Origin: a virus
Taxonomy: Duplodnaviria; Caudoviricetes
Direction: 5' to 3' (one strand)
Virus record (IMG/VR): IMGVR_UViG_3300033489_000019
Location: 1-44,042 of that record
DNA: 44,042 nt
How positions within the stretch are numbered: the stretch's first letter is position 1; every line of letters starts with the position of its first letter. A model generated the notes under the pieces. That model ran no database searches. It saw only the letters and a program-made list of their open reading frames with translations, and was not told the origin of the DNA. Positions 9,158 to 18,634 of the stretch are shown here, one piece after another. The translations under genes were made by a program, and so were the position numbers.

Positions 9158-9385
9158 ATGCAATTATTGCCAAAAGACCAAATAAAAATTTTAGTTAATG
9201 ATCTTAATAATACTGAAATTATTGCCGGACTTCACACACATATTATTGATGGCCACTGTATAATTTATTGGACAAAACATAATGTTTCAGATCTTCCGAA
9301 CGATCTCATTGATTCTAATGATTTGAAACGTTGTGGAATCAATTTGGTGAACGGAAAAGCCTTCGGGCGTACTAAAATATTCTAA
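9158..9385 (+). CDS. Hypothetical ORF within a cassette
   Basis: TAAGGAG RBS plus ATG; the 3' part overlaps an antisense ORF. Confidence 0.4.
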   Translation: MQLLPKDQIKILVNDLNNTEIIAGLHTHIIDGHCIIYWTKHNVSDLPNDLIDSNDLKRCGINLVNGKAFGRTKIF

Positions 9386-9508
9386 TCCATTTGTTTCAGT
9401 ATATGAACCGAAATTATTAGATATTAATATTTCTTGAAAATGGATTATTGTATATTTTTTACCGGAATTTGATTCAGCAATAAATCTATCTATTTCTTTT
9501 GTTTTAAT
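9287..9508 (-). CDS. Cassette ORF, 73 aa, ATT start (non-canonical or mutated ATG)
   Basis: AAGGAG-7 nt-ATT; KTKEIDRFIAESNSGKKYTIIHFQE...GLEYFSTPEGFSVHQIDSTTFQIIRINEIVRKI. Confidence 0.5.
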   Translation of the reverse strand: MKTKEIDRFIAESNSGKKYTIIHFQEILISNNFGSYTETNGLEYFSTPEGFSVHQIDSTTFQIIRINEIVRKI

Positions 9509-9556
9509 TTTATTTCTCCTTTTATTGAATGGTTTTATTTATTATTTATTATCTTC

Positions 9557-9613
9557 GGGCAACATTGAGATAAGCGGAGTTCTACTGAACTTTGCTTCAT
9601 CGAATTATTAAAA
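9557..9613 (-). other. attC-like site (array 1, site 3; degenerate R'')
   Basis: Minus strand: TTTTAAT-AATTC-GATGAAGC...GCTTATCT-CAAT-GTTGCCC. Confidence 0.6.
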
Positions 9614-9696
9614 TGTCCTCATTTGTCCCCTTATGTCCCTATTTCTTCCTTTCTGTATCAATAAATTATTGACATAGCAATATTATCTCTTATACT
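9614..9696 (+). promoter_or_regulatory. Head-operon promoter with phased upstream repeats
   Basis: TGTCC at 9614, 9624 and 9634 (10-bp period), then TTGACA(9669)-16-TATACT. Confidence 0.65.
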
Positions 9697-9725
9697 GTAA
9701 TCAAATTTACATATAAGGGGAAATA

Positions 9726-9938
9726 TTGAAAATTCTTTTAGGAATTATACAAATATTCCAAAATATTATATCCGGTGTATCAAAGTCTTTTGATATGCGG
9801 GATTTTTTTGTTTATGGCGGATTAGTTATGGCGTTCGTTGGGCTTTTTATGTTTATGCCGTGGGTTGCATTTACGGCTATTGGATTTGTCATGTTGATTA
9901 TCGGGATATTTATTTTATCAATTAAAGGTAAAAAATAA
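9726..9938 (+). CDS. Small membrane protein preceding portal
   Basis: Two hydrophobic segments; a position common in HK97-like phages. Confidence 0.7.
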   Translation: MKILLGIIQIFQNIISGVSKSFDMRDFFVYGGLVMAFVGLFMFMPWVAFTAIGFVMLIIGIFILSIKGKK

Positions 9939-11585
9939 ATGGGTCATTTTTCAAATTTAGAATATAGGGCGATAAGCGGATTGGATGATAAATGGTATAA
10001 CCCCGGCGGTTACTTTTGGGGCGGTACAGGCAAGAATACTAAATCAGGGGCGAGCGTAAACGAATATACCGCCATGAATTTAGCGATAGTGTGGTGTTGC
10101 ATAAAGATACTTTCGGAAGATTCGGCAAGTTTGCCGTTGCATTTATACCGGCGGTTACCGAATGGCGGTAAAGAAAGGGCGATAGATCATCCCATGTATA
10201 AAATTATGCACGATCAACCTAATCCTGAAATGACAAGTTTTAGTTTTAGAGAAACGTATAATTCCCATTTAATTTCATGGGGTAATGGGTACGCGGAAAA
10301 AGAGTTTGCGGGGCGTGTAAATAGATTAAAATATTTATGGCCCATAACGCCGAATCGCGTAACGAAAAAAAGAGATGAGTTTAGCCGAAAGATATTTTAT
10401 GAAATCACTCTACCGGACGGGACAAAAAAACCTATGCCCCAAAGGCAGATATTGCATACGCCGGGGCTTGGTTTTAATGGATTGATAGGCTATTCGCCTT
10501 TAACTATGGCGAAGGAAACTATTGGATTAAATATATCATTGGAAGAGTTTGGGGAAAGATATTTTTCAAATGGTACAAATATAGGCGGGATTTTAGAACA
10601 TCCTGGAACTTGTGGAAAAATGGAACAGGATAATATCCGGGCAAGTATTGATCCCGAAGTTACTGGATTATCAAATGCCCACAGGTATATGATTTTAGAA
10701 CAGGGAATGAAGTTTAATAAACTTACAATCCCTCCAAACGATTCGCAATTTTTGGAAAGTAGGCAATTCCAGGCGGTAGAAATAGGAACAAAAATATATC
10801 GATTACCACCTCATATGTATGGGGAAATGAGAGCTTCAACAAATAACAATATCGAGCATCAGGGGATTGAGTATGTTACGGGGGCATTGCGTCCGTGGCT
10901 TGTAAGACTTGAGCAATCTTATAACATGAATTTACTTGATCCCGAAGAACAGGGCGAATATTTCTTTGAGCATTTAGTCGATGGATTATTGCGCGGAGAT
11001 TTGAAAAGCCGATATGACGCGTATATGATTGGCCGGACAGGAACATGGTTATCGGCGGATGATGTTTGCGAAATGGAGAATAGGAACCCATTGCCGGACG
11101 GACAGGGTAAAAAATATGAGAATCCAAATATTACAATAAAAGAAAATGTTGGAGAAGTTAAGAAAGATAAAGAGAAAATAAGGAGTGCTTTTAGCAAATT
11201 ATTTTTATCCACATTTCAAAAAATTGTTAATCGTGAAACTTTGGCGGTAGATAAGGCTATAAATTCAAAATTAAATAAGGGGAGTATCGTTGAGTTTAAT
11301 AACTGGGTTGATACATTTTATAATGAATCGCCAGATCATATCAGAAATCAAATATTCCCTTTATTTTCTTCTTTTATAAATATTGTTTCGGAAAAAGAAG
11401 ATAATAGTTGGTTTATAGAAAAATGCGTTGATACGTTTATTTCAGATTACATATCAAATTCAAAAAAAGAAATAAACGAGAAAAGAGATGTAGATTATTT
11501 GCAGAATTGTATTGAAGTATGGAATAAAAATAAGGCTTCTGCCTTAGTGGATAAAGAGATTGAAAATATTTTAAGGAGATTGTAA
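9939..11585 (+). CDS. Portal protein (HK97 family) with a C-terminal extension
   Basis: VWCCIKILSEDSASLPLHLYR, WGNGYA, GLIGYSP, QFLESR, LLRGD. Confidence 0.95.
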   Translation: MGHFSNLEYRAISGLDDKWYNPGGYFWGGTGKNTKSGASVNEYTAMNLAIVWCCIKILSEDSASLPLHLYRRLPNGGKERAIDHPMYKIMHDQPNPEMTSFSFRETYNSHLISWGNGYAEKEFAGRVNRLKYLWPITPNRVTKKRDEFSRKIFYEITLPDGTKKPMPQRQILHTPGLGFNGLIGYSPLTMAKETIGLNISLEEFGERYFSNGTNIGGILEHPGTCGKMEQDNIRASIDPEVTGLSNAHRYMILEQGMKFNKLTIPPNDSQFLESRQFQAVEIGTKIYRLPPHMYGEMRASTNNNIEHQGIEYVTGALRPWLVRLEQSYNMNLLDPEEQGEYFFEHLVDGLLRGDLKSRYDAYMIGRTGTWLSADDVCEMENRNPLPDGQGKKYENPNITIKENVGEVKKDKEKIRSAFSKLFLSTFQKIVNRETLAVDKAINSKLNKGSIVEFNNWVDTFYNESPDHIRNQIFPLFSSFINIVSEKEDNSWFIEKCVDTFISDYISNSKKEINEKRDVDYLQNCIEVWNKNKASALVDKEIENILRRL

Positions 11586-11586
11586 A

Positions 11587-12225
11587 ATGCCAAAAAACAT
11601 ATATGAGAAAAGGACTTTTAATATTTCTGAATTACGGACAATAACAAATGACAAAGGTTTAAAAACTATTACCGGATACGCAGCGGTTTTTAATTCTTTA
11701 TCTGAAGATTTAGGAGGGTTTAGGGAAAAAATAGACAGAGAAGCATTTGCAAAAACAATTCAAAATGCTGATGTCAGGGCATTATTTAACCACGACAAAA
11801 ATTATGTTTTAGGCAGAACCAAAAGCGGAACATTAAAATTATCGTCCGATGAACATGGTTTAAAAATTGAAAACATCCCGCCTGATACCCAATGGGCGCG
11901 CGATTTATTGGTATCGATTGACCGTGGGGATGTTAACCAGATGTCATTCGGATTTAGGACAATATCAGACAAATGGGAAAAGCGGGATAAGGAAGATATA
12001 AGAACACTTTTAGAAGTGGAGTTATTTGATATATCCCCAGTAACATTCCCGGCATATCCTGATACGGAAGTTGGTTTACGTTCTTTAGAAAACTTTAAAA
12101 AAACTATTGATCCGTTGATTGATAGTCAAAAAAACCAATCTAATCCGTTGATTAGAACTGGTTTAATAGCACAGGAAGACGAAATTTTCAAAAAACTTAA
12201 AAGAATTGGAGGAAAAAATGAATAA
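11587..12225 (+). CDS. Prohead protease (HK97 family)
   Basis: GYAAVFNSLS, ALFNHD, QMSFGF, DISPVTFPAYPDT. Confidence 0.95.
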   Translation: MPKNIYEKRTFNISELRTITNDKGLKTITGYAAVFNSLSEDLGGFREKIDREAFAKTIQNADVRALFNHDKNYVLGRTKSGTLKLSSDEHGLKIENIPPDTQWARDLLVSIDRGDVNQMSFGFRTISDKWEKRDKEDIRTLLEVELFDISPVTFPAYPDTEVGLRSLENFKKTIDPLIDSQKNQSNPLIRTGLIAQEDEIFKKLKRIGGKNE

Positions 12226-13612
12226 GTATCAAAAGAGAATGGCTGAATTGTTTGAGAAAATAAAAGGGATTAGGACAAAAGCCGAAACCGAAAAACGTGA
12301 TTTGTCTGCCGAAGAAATCACACAGCGCGAAACATTTATTGCTGAAATTAATTCGGTTGATGCGGAAATGAAATCCTTCGAGAAAGAAGAGGAACTTCGC
12401 GGCAAATTGTTCGGCGATGATAATGCCGAAGGCAGGCAGGCGGGCGATAATGAGTTGAGCGATATTAAAGTTGTTGACGCTCCTATTTATCGCGGTTCTC
12501 CGGCTTCTGTTTTAGGGCAACAGTTAATTGACATAAAATTATCTGAACATAGTTCCCCTAAAGAAAGGGACGCGGCGCGCGGAAGGCTTGAAAGGGTTGA
12601 AAAACGAAATCAGGCGAATCTTGAAAAGCAGGCTAAGAAAGAAGATCGTGCGGCGGGTACTGGCGGATTTGTTACCAATATCGGTGCAGACGGCGGGTTC
12701 TTTTTGCAGGGCGAAACTGCTATTGACTTGATGACGACCGGATTTAACAACAGCGAAGTGTTAAGTCGTTGCGCGAAACGGACATTATCGCCACAGACGC
12801 AGTTTGTAGAGCTTATTGGGATTGACGAATCAAGCAGGGCAACAGGGTCAAGAGGCGGCGGAATCCGTGTTTATACCACAGCGGAACTTGACGCTTTAAC
12901 ACAGTCAAAAACAAAGTTCAATAAATTGAGGATTGAACCTAAAAAATTGACTGGTTTATATTATTCATCTTCGGAAGTTGATAAGAATGTTACCTTAATC
13001 GGTCAGGAAGCCCGCCAATTATTCGGCGAGGAATTCGCGTTTAAATGTCAGGATTTAGTATTTCGCGGTAGTGGGGCAGGCGAGCCCTTAGGAATTCTAA
13101 ATGCTCCGTGTCTTGTTTCACAGGCGAAAGAAACCGGGCAGGCGGCTGATACCATTGTTTTGGAAAATATCCTTAACATGGAAGCCAAACTTTGGAATGA
13201 AGGCCCGAATGTGGTTTATCTGATAAACAGAGAAACTAAACCACAGCTTTCAACTTTATCGGCAGTTATCGGGACATCCGGCGCATTGGTTCCGTTATAC
13301 AAAAATGATTTTTATCAGGGTAAGAGAAATTCATCTTTGAATGGTTTACCTTGTATAACTATCGAGCAGGCGAGCGCGCTTGGTGATAAGGGTGATATAG
13401 TTCTTGCGGATTTGAGCCAGTATATTACCGCGAATAAAGGCGATATAAACGAGGCTATGAGTATTCATGTTTCGTTCTTATACGATCAGAACACTTATCG
13501 TTTCACTTATTTCTTTGACGGTCAGCCTCGTTGGTCAAGTGCGGTAACACCGTATAAAGGCGCAAGTGGAGCGACAGTATCACCGTTCGTAACACTTAAC
13601 GCAAGGGCTTAA
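12218..13612 (+). CDS. Major capsid protein (HK97 fold, N-terminal coiled-coil delta domain)
   Basis: GGAGG RBS before MNKYQ; GADGGF, GSGAGEPLGILN, SPFVTL. Confidence 0.93.
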   Translation: MNKYQKRMAELFEKIKGIRTKAETEKRDLSAEEITQRETFIAEINSVDAEMKSFEKEEELRGKLFGDDNAEGRQAGDNELSDIKVVDAPIYRGSPASVLGQQLIDIKLSEHSSPKERDAARGRLERVEKRNQANLEKQAKKEDRAAGTGGFVTNIGADGGFFLQGETAIDLMTTGFNNSEVLSRCAKRTLSPQTQFVELIGIDESSRATGSRGGGIRVYTTAELDALTQSKTKFNKLRIEPKKLTGLYYSSSEVDKNVTLIGQEARQLFGEEFAFKCQDLVFRGSGAGEPLGILNAPCLVSQAKETGQAADTIVLENILNMEAKLWNEGPNVVYLINRETKPQLSTLSAVIGTSGALVPLYKNDFYQGKRNSSLNGLPCITIEQASALGDKGDIVLADLSQYITANKGDINEAMSIHVSFLYDQNTYRFTYFFDGQPRWSSAVTPYKGASGATVSPFVTLNARA

Positions 13613-13650
13613 TTGTAATTAAAATTTAAAAAAAGATAGGAGGCAATACA

Positions 13651-14121
13651 ATGGAAAGATTATACGAAGGAAAAAAGATTGTTCCGGTTATGCAATCGTT
13701 GGACTTAAACAACGGTGTTGACGCGGATTCAATCAATATGAAAAATTTTCACCGGGCGGCATTTTTAATAATGTTCGGTGCGGATTTGTCGGGTGATTTT
13801 GTGTTGACCGTAAATAGCGGGGCTTCGGACGCCGCAAAAACAACTGCCGAAACTTTTAAATACACTTATGGCGGTGCGGCAATCGGATCAGCAAATTGTG
13901 ATGTCCTTGAGGCGGTTGCTGAAAGTGCGGCTTTGACTTGTACTGGTACGACTTTTGTAAGCAGGATGTTGATAGTTGAAATTGACGCGGATAAACTTAC
14001 GGATGATCAGCCATGGTTGACATTGTCATTCAGTAATGCGGGTGCTGCGGGTAAATGTACAATATTTGCATTGCTTGATCCGAGATATACGCCTTTTGGT
14101 GGAACGTCAGCATTAGTTTAA
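13651..14121 (+). CDS. Probable capsid decoration/cement protein
   Basis: Follows MCP; DSINMKNFHRA-type beta-rich motif. Confidence 0.6.
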   Translation: MERLYEGKKIVPVMQSLDLNNGVDADSINMKNFHRAAFLIMFGADLSGDFVLTVNSGASDAAKTTAETFKYTYGGAAIGSANCDVLEAVAESAALTCTGTTFVSRMLIVEIDADKLTDDQPWLTLSFSNAGAAGKCTIFALLDPRYTPFGGTSALV

Positions 14122-14133
14122 TTTAAAATAGTT

Positions 14134-14159
14134 GGGGCAGGGTTAAAATACCTTGCCCC
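14134..14159 (+). terminator. Stem-loop after the capsid genes (terminator/attenuator)
   Basis: GGGGCAGGG-loop-CCTTGCCCC; weak U-tract. Confidence 0.45.
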
Positions 14160-14184
14160 GATTTAAAAAAGGAGTGAAATAATA

Positions 14185-14910
14185 ATGAAAAAATATTTAA
14201 TTGGATTTTTTATGTTGCTAACTGCGACATATTTTATCAGTGGGGCGTTAGGGGCAAACATGAGTAAGTTTTCATCTACGCCATCAACAATGAATGTTCT
14301 GAATGGCGGCACAATGACTTATGATAGTTTAAGCACTTGCAATGTTGCGGCGGGTGCGGTATTCCAGTATGGCGGAACGGCAATAAATTTAAGCACTATC
14401 GTTAATTTAGATACTGCGGAGCTTGGGTATTTAAATGGAGTTACTGCCGGGGTAGCGACTGCCAGCAAAGCGGTTGTTTTAGATACCGGGAGAGCATTTG
14501 ACACCTTAGATTTAACTACACTCAAATTAGGTGGGACAACGGTAACAGCAACAGCAACACAATTAAATTTTTTAGCAGGTGATACGGCAGGAGTAACAAC
14601 GGCTTCAAAGGCATTGGTTGCTGGAACTTCAAAAGAGTTGGATACTTTAAATGTAACAAATTTTAATGTTTCAAATAAATTATTTTGGTCAAACTCTGTG
14701 TTTTGTTCAACTTTTACAACTTCGGGATCAGAGGCTTTAACTACGGTGGCAGTGGTCGGATTGGATTCTACTGATTATGTGTTTTTGAGCCCTATGGATT
14801 GTACTACGACAGTAGTATCGGTATCATCGGTAACTGCTGGCGAGTTTGTGGCTTTGACAAGTGACACTACTGCAAAAGTAACGCGTTATATGGCGGTAAT
14901 TAAACCTTAA
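14185..14910 (+). CDS. Fibre-like virion protein with a predicted signal peptide
   Basis: MKK plus hydrophobic stretch plus ALG/A; two ELxYLxGVTAG..ASKA repeats. Confidence 0.65.
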   Translation: MKKYLIGFFMLLTATYFISGALGANMSKFSSTPSTMNVLNGGTMTYDSLSTCNVAAGAVFQYGGTAINLSTIVNLDTAELGYLNGVTAGVATASKAVVLDTGRAFDTLDLTTLKLGGTTVTATATQLNFLAGDTAGVTTASKALVAGTSKELDTLNVTNFNVSNKLFWSNSVFCSTFTTSGSEALTTVAVVGLDSTDYVFLSPMDCTTTVVSVSSVTAGEFVALTSDTTAKVTRYMAVIKP

Positions 14911-14923
14911 AGAAAGGATAAAA

Positions 14924-15358
14924 ATGATGAAAAAACTATTATCAATATTATTTTTATTCTTATTCTTATTTGCAGGAAGCGGGTTTACTGCGGATATAAT
15001 TACAGCGATTGACGCTGTTAAATTCGATACCGCCGGTGAGGTTTATACTTCTTCAAGTAAGCCAACCGGCGGAAGCCATTCTTTAACGATTTACAATGAT
15101 GTTAATGCCACTGGTGATACAACCACAATGTCATTAAAAATTGAAGTATTGGCAAGCCATGATGATACCACTTATTATATTTTGAATGATATTGGAAGAT
15201 TTAATAAATCCATAACTTATACTACGACTGATGTTATTGAAACTTTTAATGTGGATATTATAGGACATAATTTTATTAAGATTAAGGGTACGAGCGCAGG
15301 GTGCGATACGTCAGCGAATTATTATACTACAACGGTAAAAGAAAGGTTTAATAAGTAA
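14924..15358 (+). CDS. Beta-rich protein with a predicted signal peptide
   Basis: MMKKLLSILFLFLFLFAGSGFTA/D. Confidence 0.65.
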   Translation: MMKKLLSILFLFLFLFAGSGFTADIITAIDAVKFDTAGEVYTSSSKPTGGSHSLTIYNDVNATGDTTTMSLKIEVLASHDDTTYYILNDIGRFNKSITYTTTDVIETFNVDIIGHNFIKIKGTSAGCDTSANYYTTTVKERFNK

Positions 15359-15359
15359 T

Positions 15360-16307
15360 ATGCTTACTAAAATTTATACTCAACCGGCGGTTGAACCAGT
15401 CAGCCTTGCGGAGCTAAAATTACATCTTGGCATTAATTCCGATACATTTTCCGGGAATACCGAATCTATCCAGTCGATTGCGCCGGGGTTGCATACGGTT
15501 GACACGGCTTATGTTGTAGGTGTGTCAGTTGAGGTGTTGGGCTATAACGCAATGGTTAACCTAGTATCGGGAGAAAATGGCACTGGCGGCACGGTTGACG
15601 CTAAAATCATGGAATCTGATACGGATATTGAGGCTAATTTCTCGTCGGTTACTTCCGGGGCGTTTACGCAGGTTACTACCGCAAATGATAATGCGACACA
15701 AGAGAAGGCCTATACAGGATCAAAACGGTATATCAGGGTTGACCATAAGGTGTTAGTAGCCTCTTGTAATTTCAACGCGAATGTCGTTAGAAGTAAAGGT
15801 ATAAATTCCGATGATGATTTATTGACCGCTCAATTAATTACCGCGCGCGAGGATGCGGAATCAGGAACACATCGGAAATTTATAACACAAACATGGGACT
15901 TTTTTATTGATAAGTTCCCGTGTGAGGATTATATCGATATTCCGTTTGGGAATTTGCAGTCAGTAACATCGGTAATATATAAGGATGTTGATGGCGTTGA
16001 AACTACGATGACGGTAACAACTGATTATATTGTTGAGCTCAATGGCGATCAATACGGGCGGATATTCCTACCTTATGGTATGTCATGGCCGTCAGAAACT
16101 TTGTATCCGTCAAAGCCGATTTGCATAAGGTTTGTCTGCGGGTATGGACTGGCGGCAGATGTTCCGTCAAAGATAAAATCATTGATTAAAATGATTTGCA
16201 CGGATTTATATAAGGGCCGGGGCGAACCGGTCGAGGGCCGGACAGTGGTTGAAAATAAAACGGTTGAAAGATTAAAATATTTATGCCGGTTATGGGGGAA
16301 ATATTAA
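15360..16307 (+). CDS. Head-tail connector (gp6-like) with an inserted domain
   Basis: PAVEPVSLAELKLHL is separated by ~125 aa from DDDLL...AREDAE...FITQTW. Confidence 0.8.
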   Translation: MLTKIYTQPAVEPVSLAELKLHLGINSDTFSGNTESIQSIAPGLHTVDTAYVVGVSVEVLGYNAMVNLVSGENGTGGTVDAKIMESDTDIEANFSSVTSGAFTQVTTANDNATQEKAYTGSKRYIRVDHKVLVASCNFNANVVRSKGINSDDDLLTAQLITAREDAESGTHRKFITQTWDFFIDKFPCEDYIDIPFGNLQSVTSVIYKDVDGVETTMTVTTDYIVELNGDQYGRIFLPYGMSWPSETLYPSKPICIRFVCGYGLAADVPSKIKSLIKMICTDLYKGRGEPVEGRTVVENKTVERLKYLCRLWGKY

Positions 16308-16625
16308 ATGTCCTACGGTGATATGAATAAATTAATGACATTGGAAGCCCCTACTACTACGCCTCAAGGTGTAAAGATAGAGCCGTGGATAGTTATAGAA
16401 ACTTTTTTTGGTGCGTTATGGCCCGTGTCTGCTAATGAGCAAATACAGGCAGGAGGCACGTCAATGACGATAACTCATAAAATCAGACGGCATTATAAAA
16501 GTATCTTAAAACCGTCATGGCGGATTAAATATATGAATCGAGTATTCGAAATAAAAAGTATCATAAATATCGGCGAAGAAAATCGTGAAATGGATATTCT
16601 TGTTAAGGAAGGAGTGGGCGGATAA
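16308..16625 (+). CDS. Head closure / head-tail adaptor
   Basis: THKIRR...WRIKY...FEIKSIIN; position. Confidence 0.8.
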   Translation: MSYGDMNKLMTLEAPTTTPQGVKIEPWIVIETFFGALWPVSANEQIQAGGTSMTITHKIRRHYKSILKPSWRIKYMNRVFEIKSIINIGEENREMDILVKEGVGG

Positions 16626-17075
16626 ATGTCTTACACCGATCCGGTAGAAAATATATTTTCAGCCATTGATACGGAGTTTAGAAAACTAACTGGTGGTTTA
16701 AATAATTCTTTCTTTCTTGCTTTGAATGGGAATGGGTATAGGGATGAATGCCCGGCAAGTATTGGGTTTCCCCGATGTATTTGGTCATTGACTACCGATG
16801 TCAGAGGATATGAAACTTTTAAAAAGACTAAAAGTATGACGTATATAACCTTTGATATTTATGCGGAAACCATGGCAGAAGTTGGAACGATATATTCTTA
16901 TTTTAATACTTTGTTTCAAAAATGCAGTTTAAGTATAACTGGGAATGTTTTGGTTTGGTTTAGAGAAATAAATAAAAATTGTGGCATGGAAAGTGTTGAC
17001 CCGCTTGAAACAACAGCGGCGACAAGCGTGGCAAGATACTCAATTGATTACGAAATTAAAACACAGGAGAGTTGA
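16626..17075 (+). CDS. Tail terminator/completion protein
   Basis: Size, position and ITFDIYA motif. Confidence 0.6.
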   Translation: MSYTDPVENIFSAIDTEFRKLTGGLNNSFFLALNGNGYRDECPASIGFPRCIWSLTTDVRGYETFKKTKSMTYITFDIYAETMAEVGTIYSYFNTLFQKCSLSITGNVLVWFREINKNCGMESVDPLETTAATSVARYSIDYEIKTQES

Positions 17076-18631
17076 TGAGTAAAACTGGTGATTATTATAT
17101 AGATAAAATGGATGAAATACCATATTTAATAATTGCTCCTGATTACCGGAATAGTTCGGCGGGTGTAAGGGCTTTACATAAGCTCTGCCATTATCTGAAT
17201 GAATGTGGCAGTAAAGCATATGTATCAACAAAGAAAATTAATCCTGAATGGAATGAGAAGGGGTTAACTCCGGTGGAAGCGAAAGAGTTTGCTAAAGGGG
17301 ATGTTATTGTGGTTTATCCGGAAGTTGTTTCCGGTAATCCTTACAATGGGCAAACAGTAGTCAGATATATTTTGAATCATCCGGGATTCTTAGGCGGTGA
17401 TCTTGAATATCCTGAATCTGAAATATTGTTTTGTTATTCGGATTATTTGCAAAGATATGTCCCTGATGAAAGTAGAATTTTAACAGTTCCAGTAATTGAA
17501 GATTTTTTTAAGGATGAAAATCTTGAACGCAAAGGAAATTGTTTTTTTATTGGAAAAGCAATATTAAAAGGTCAAGAGCTAAGCGATGATGATAGAAAAA
17601 GTAATTTAGAAATACCGTCGTATTTCTATAATCAGTTTAAACAAATTACAAGCGAATATCCGGCGACAAGACAAGAATTGGCACAATTATTAAAAACAAC
17701 GGAAAATATTTATATTTATGATGATATGACGTGTTTGACGGAAGAGGCTCGTCGATGTGGTTGTAAAGTTATTTTACCGGGCGGTGAACAAAAAGGCAAA
17801 AAATCTTATGCTGAATCTATTGTTAATTTTGATGAACAATTAAGGAACTTTATTAAAGTTACTCAAGACGAAGCTAATCAGATAAACATTTCCTTTAAAA
17901 AATATGTAAATCAAGTTAAAAGTAATATTGCTTTTGGATGTTTGGTTAATGACCGCCGAAGATTCCAGAACGTTTTATATGCTTCGCAAATTGGCAAGGA
18001 TATAAATATCCATACAAATGAAAACGCGGAATATGCGACAAAAGGGTTGAATGAATTACTTGATGTAATTGAACAGGATAAAAATATTGAGATCGTGGTA
18101 TTAACTCATCAGGATATGTATTATCGTGAAGGTTGGATAGAAAAATTAAGGAAATGTTTATCTGAATTGCCGGAAGATTGGATTATCGCCGGTATCATCG
18201 GGAAAGATTGGAAAGGAGTTTTGCAGGGAAGTTTAAGAGATACTCGGTTGCCGAATTTCTTTATACTTTCTAAAAACGAAGATTATCCCATTGACGCTTC
18301 TTGCATTGATGAATGCTGTATTATCGTAAATTTAAAAAGCGGGTTTAGGTTTGATGAAACTTTAAAAGGGTTTGACCTGTATGGAACGCTTGCTTGTTTG
18401 CAAGTTAAAGAAGCGGGCGGAACGGCATGGATAATAAATAATATCGCCGAACATTATATCACACGTCCATTTTCGTGGTTACCGGATGAAACATTTCAAA
18501 AATCATGGACATGGTTATATGAAAAATATAAAACTAAAGGGTTGCAACCATACACAACTGTTTTAGCTGATACTTCTATTCTGGAAGCATTGGATAAAAT
18601 TAACAAGGAAAATGAAAATAAGGAGGAGTAA
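17072..18631 (+). CDS. Two-domain glycosyltransferase-like protein
   Basis: N-domain SAGVRALHKLCHYL...VYPEVVSGNP...EARRCGC; C-domain GLNE...HQDMY...IDECC...FDE...GFDLYG (GT-A-like). Confidence 0.7.
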   Translation: MMSKTGDYYIDKMDEIPYLIIAPDYRNSSAGVRALHKLCHYLNECGSKAYVSTKKINPEWNEKGLTPVEAKEFAKGDVIVVYPEVVSGNPYNGQTVVRYILNHPGFLGGDLEYPESEILFCYSDYLQRYVPDESRILTVPVIEDFFKDENLERKGNCFFIGKAILKGQELSDDDRKSNLEIPSYFYNQFKQITSEYPATRQELAQLLKTTENIYIYDDMTCLTEEARRCGCKVILPGGEQKGKKSYAESIVNFDEQLRNFIKVTQDEANQINISFKKYVNQVKSNIAFGCLVNDRRRFQNVLYASQIGKDINIHTNENAEYATKGLNELLDVIEQDKNIEIVVLTHQDMYYREGWIEKLRKCLSELPEDWIIAGIIGKDWKGVLQGSLRDTRLPNFFILSKNEDYPIDASCIDECCIIVNLKSGFRFDETLKGFDLYGTLACLQVKEAGGTAWIINNIAEHYITRPFSWLPDETFQKSWTWLYEKYKTKGLQPYTTVLADTSILEALDKINKENENKEE

Positions 18632-18634
18632 ATC

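Noticed and set aside
6290-13612. Alternative genetic code, introns or inteins in core genes
   Set aside because: Core genes are full length in code 11; terL has only short insertions and no intein motifs.
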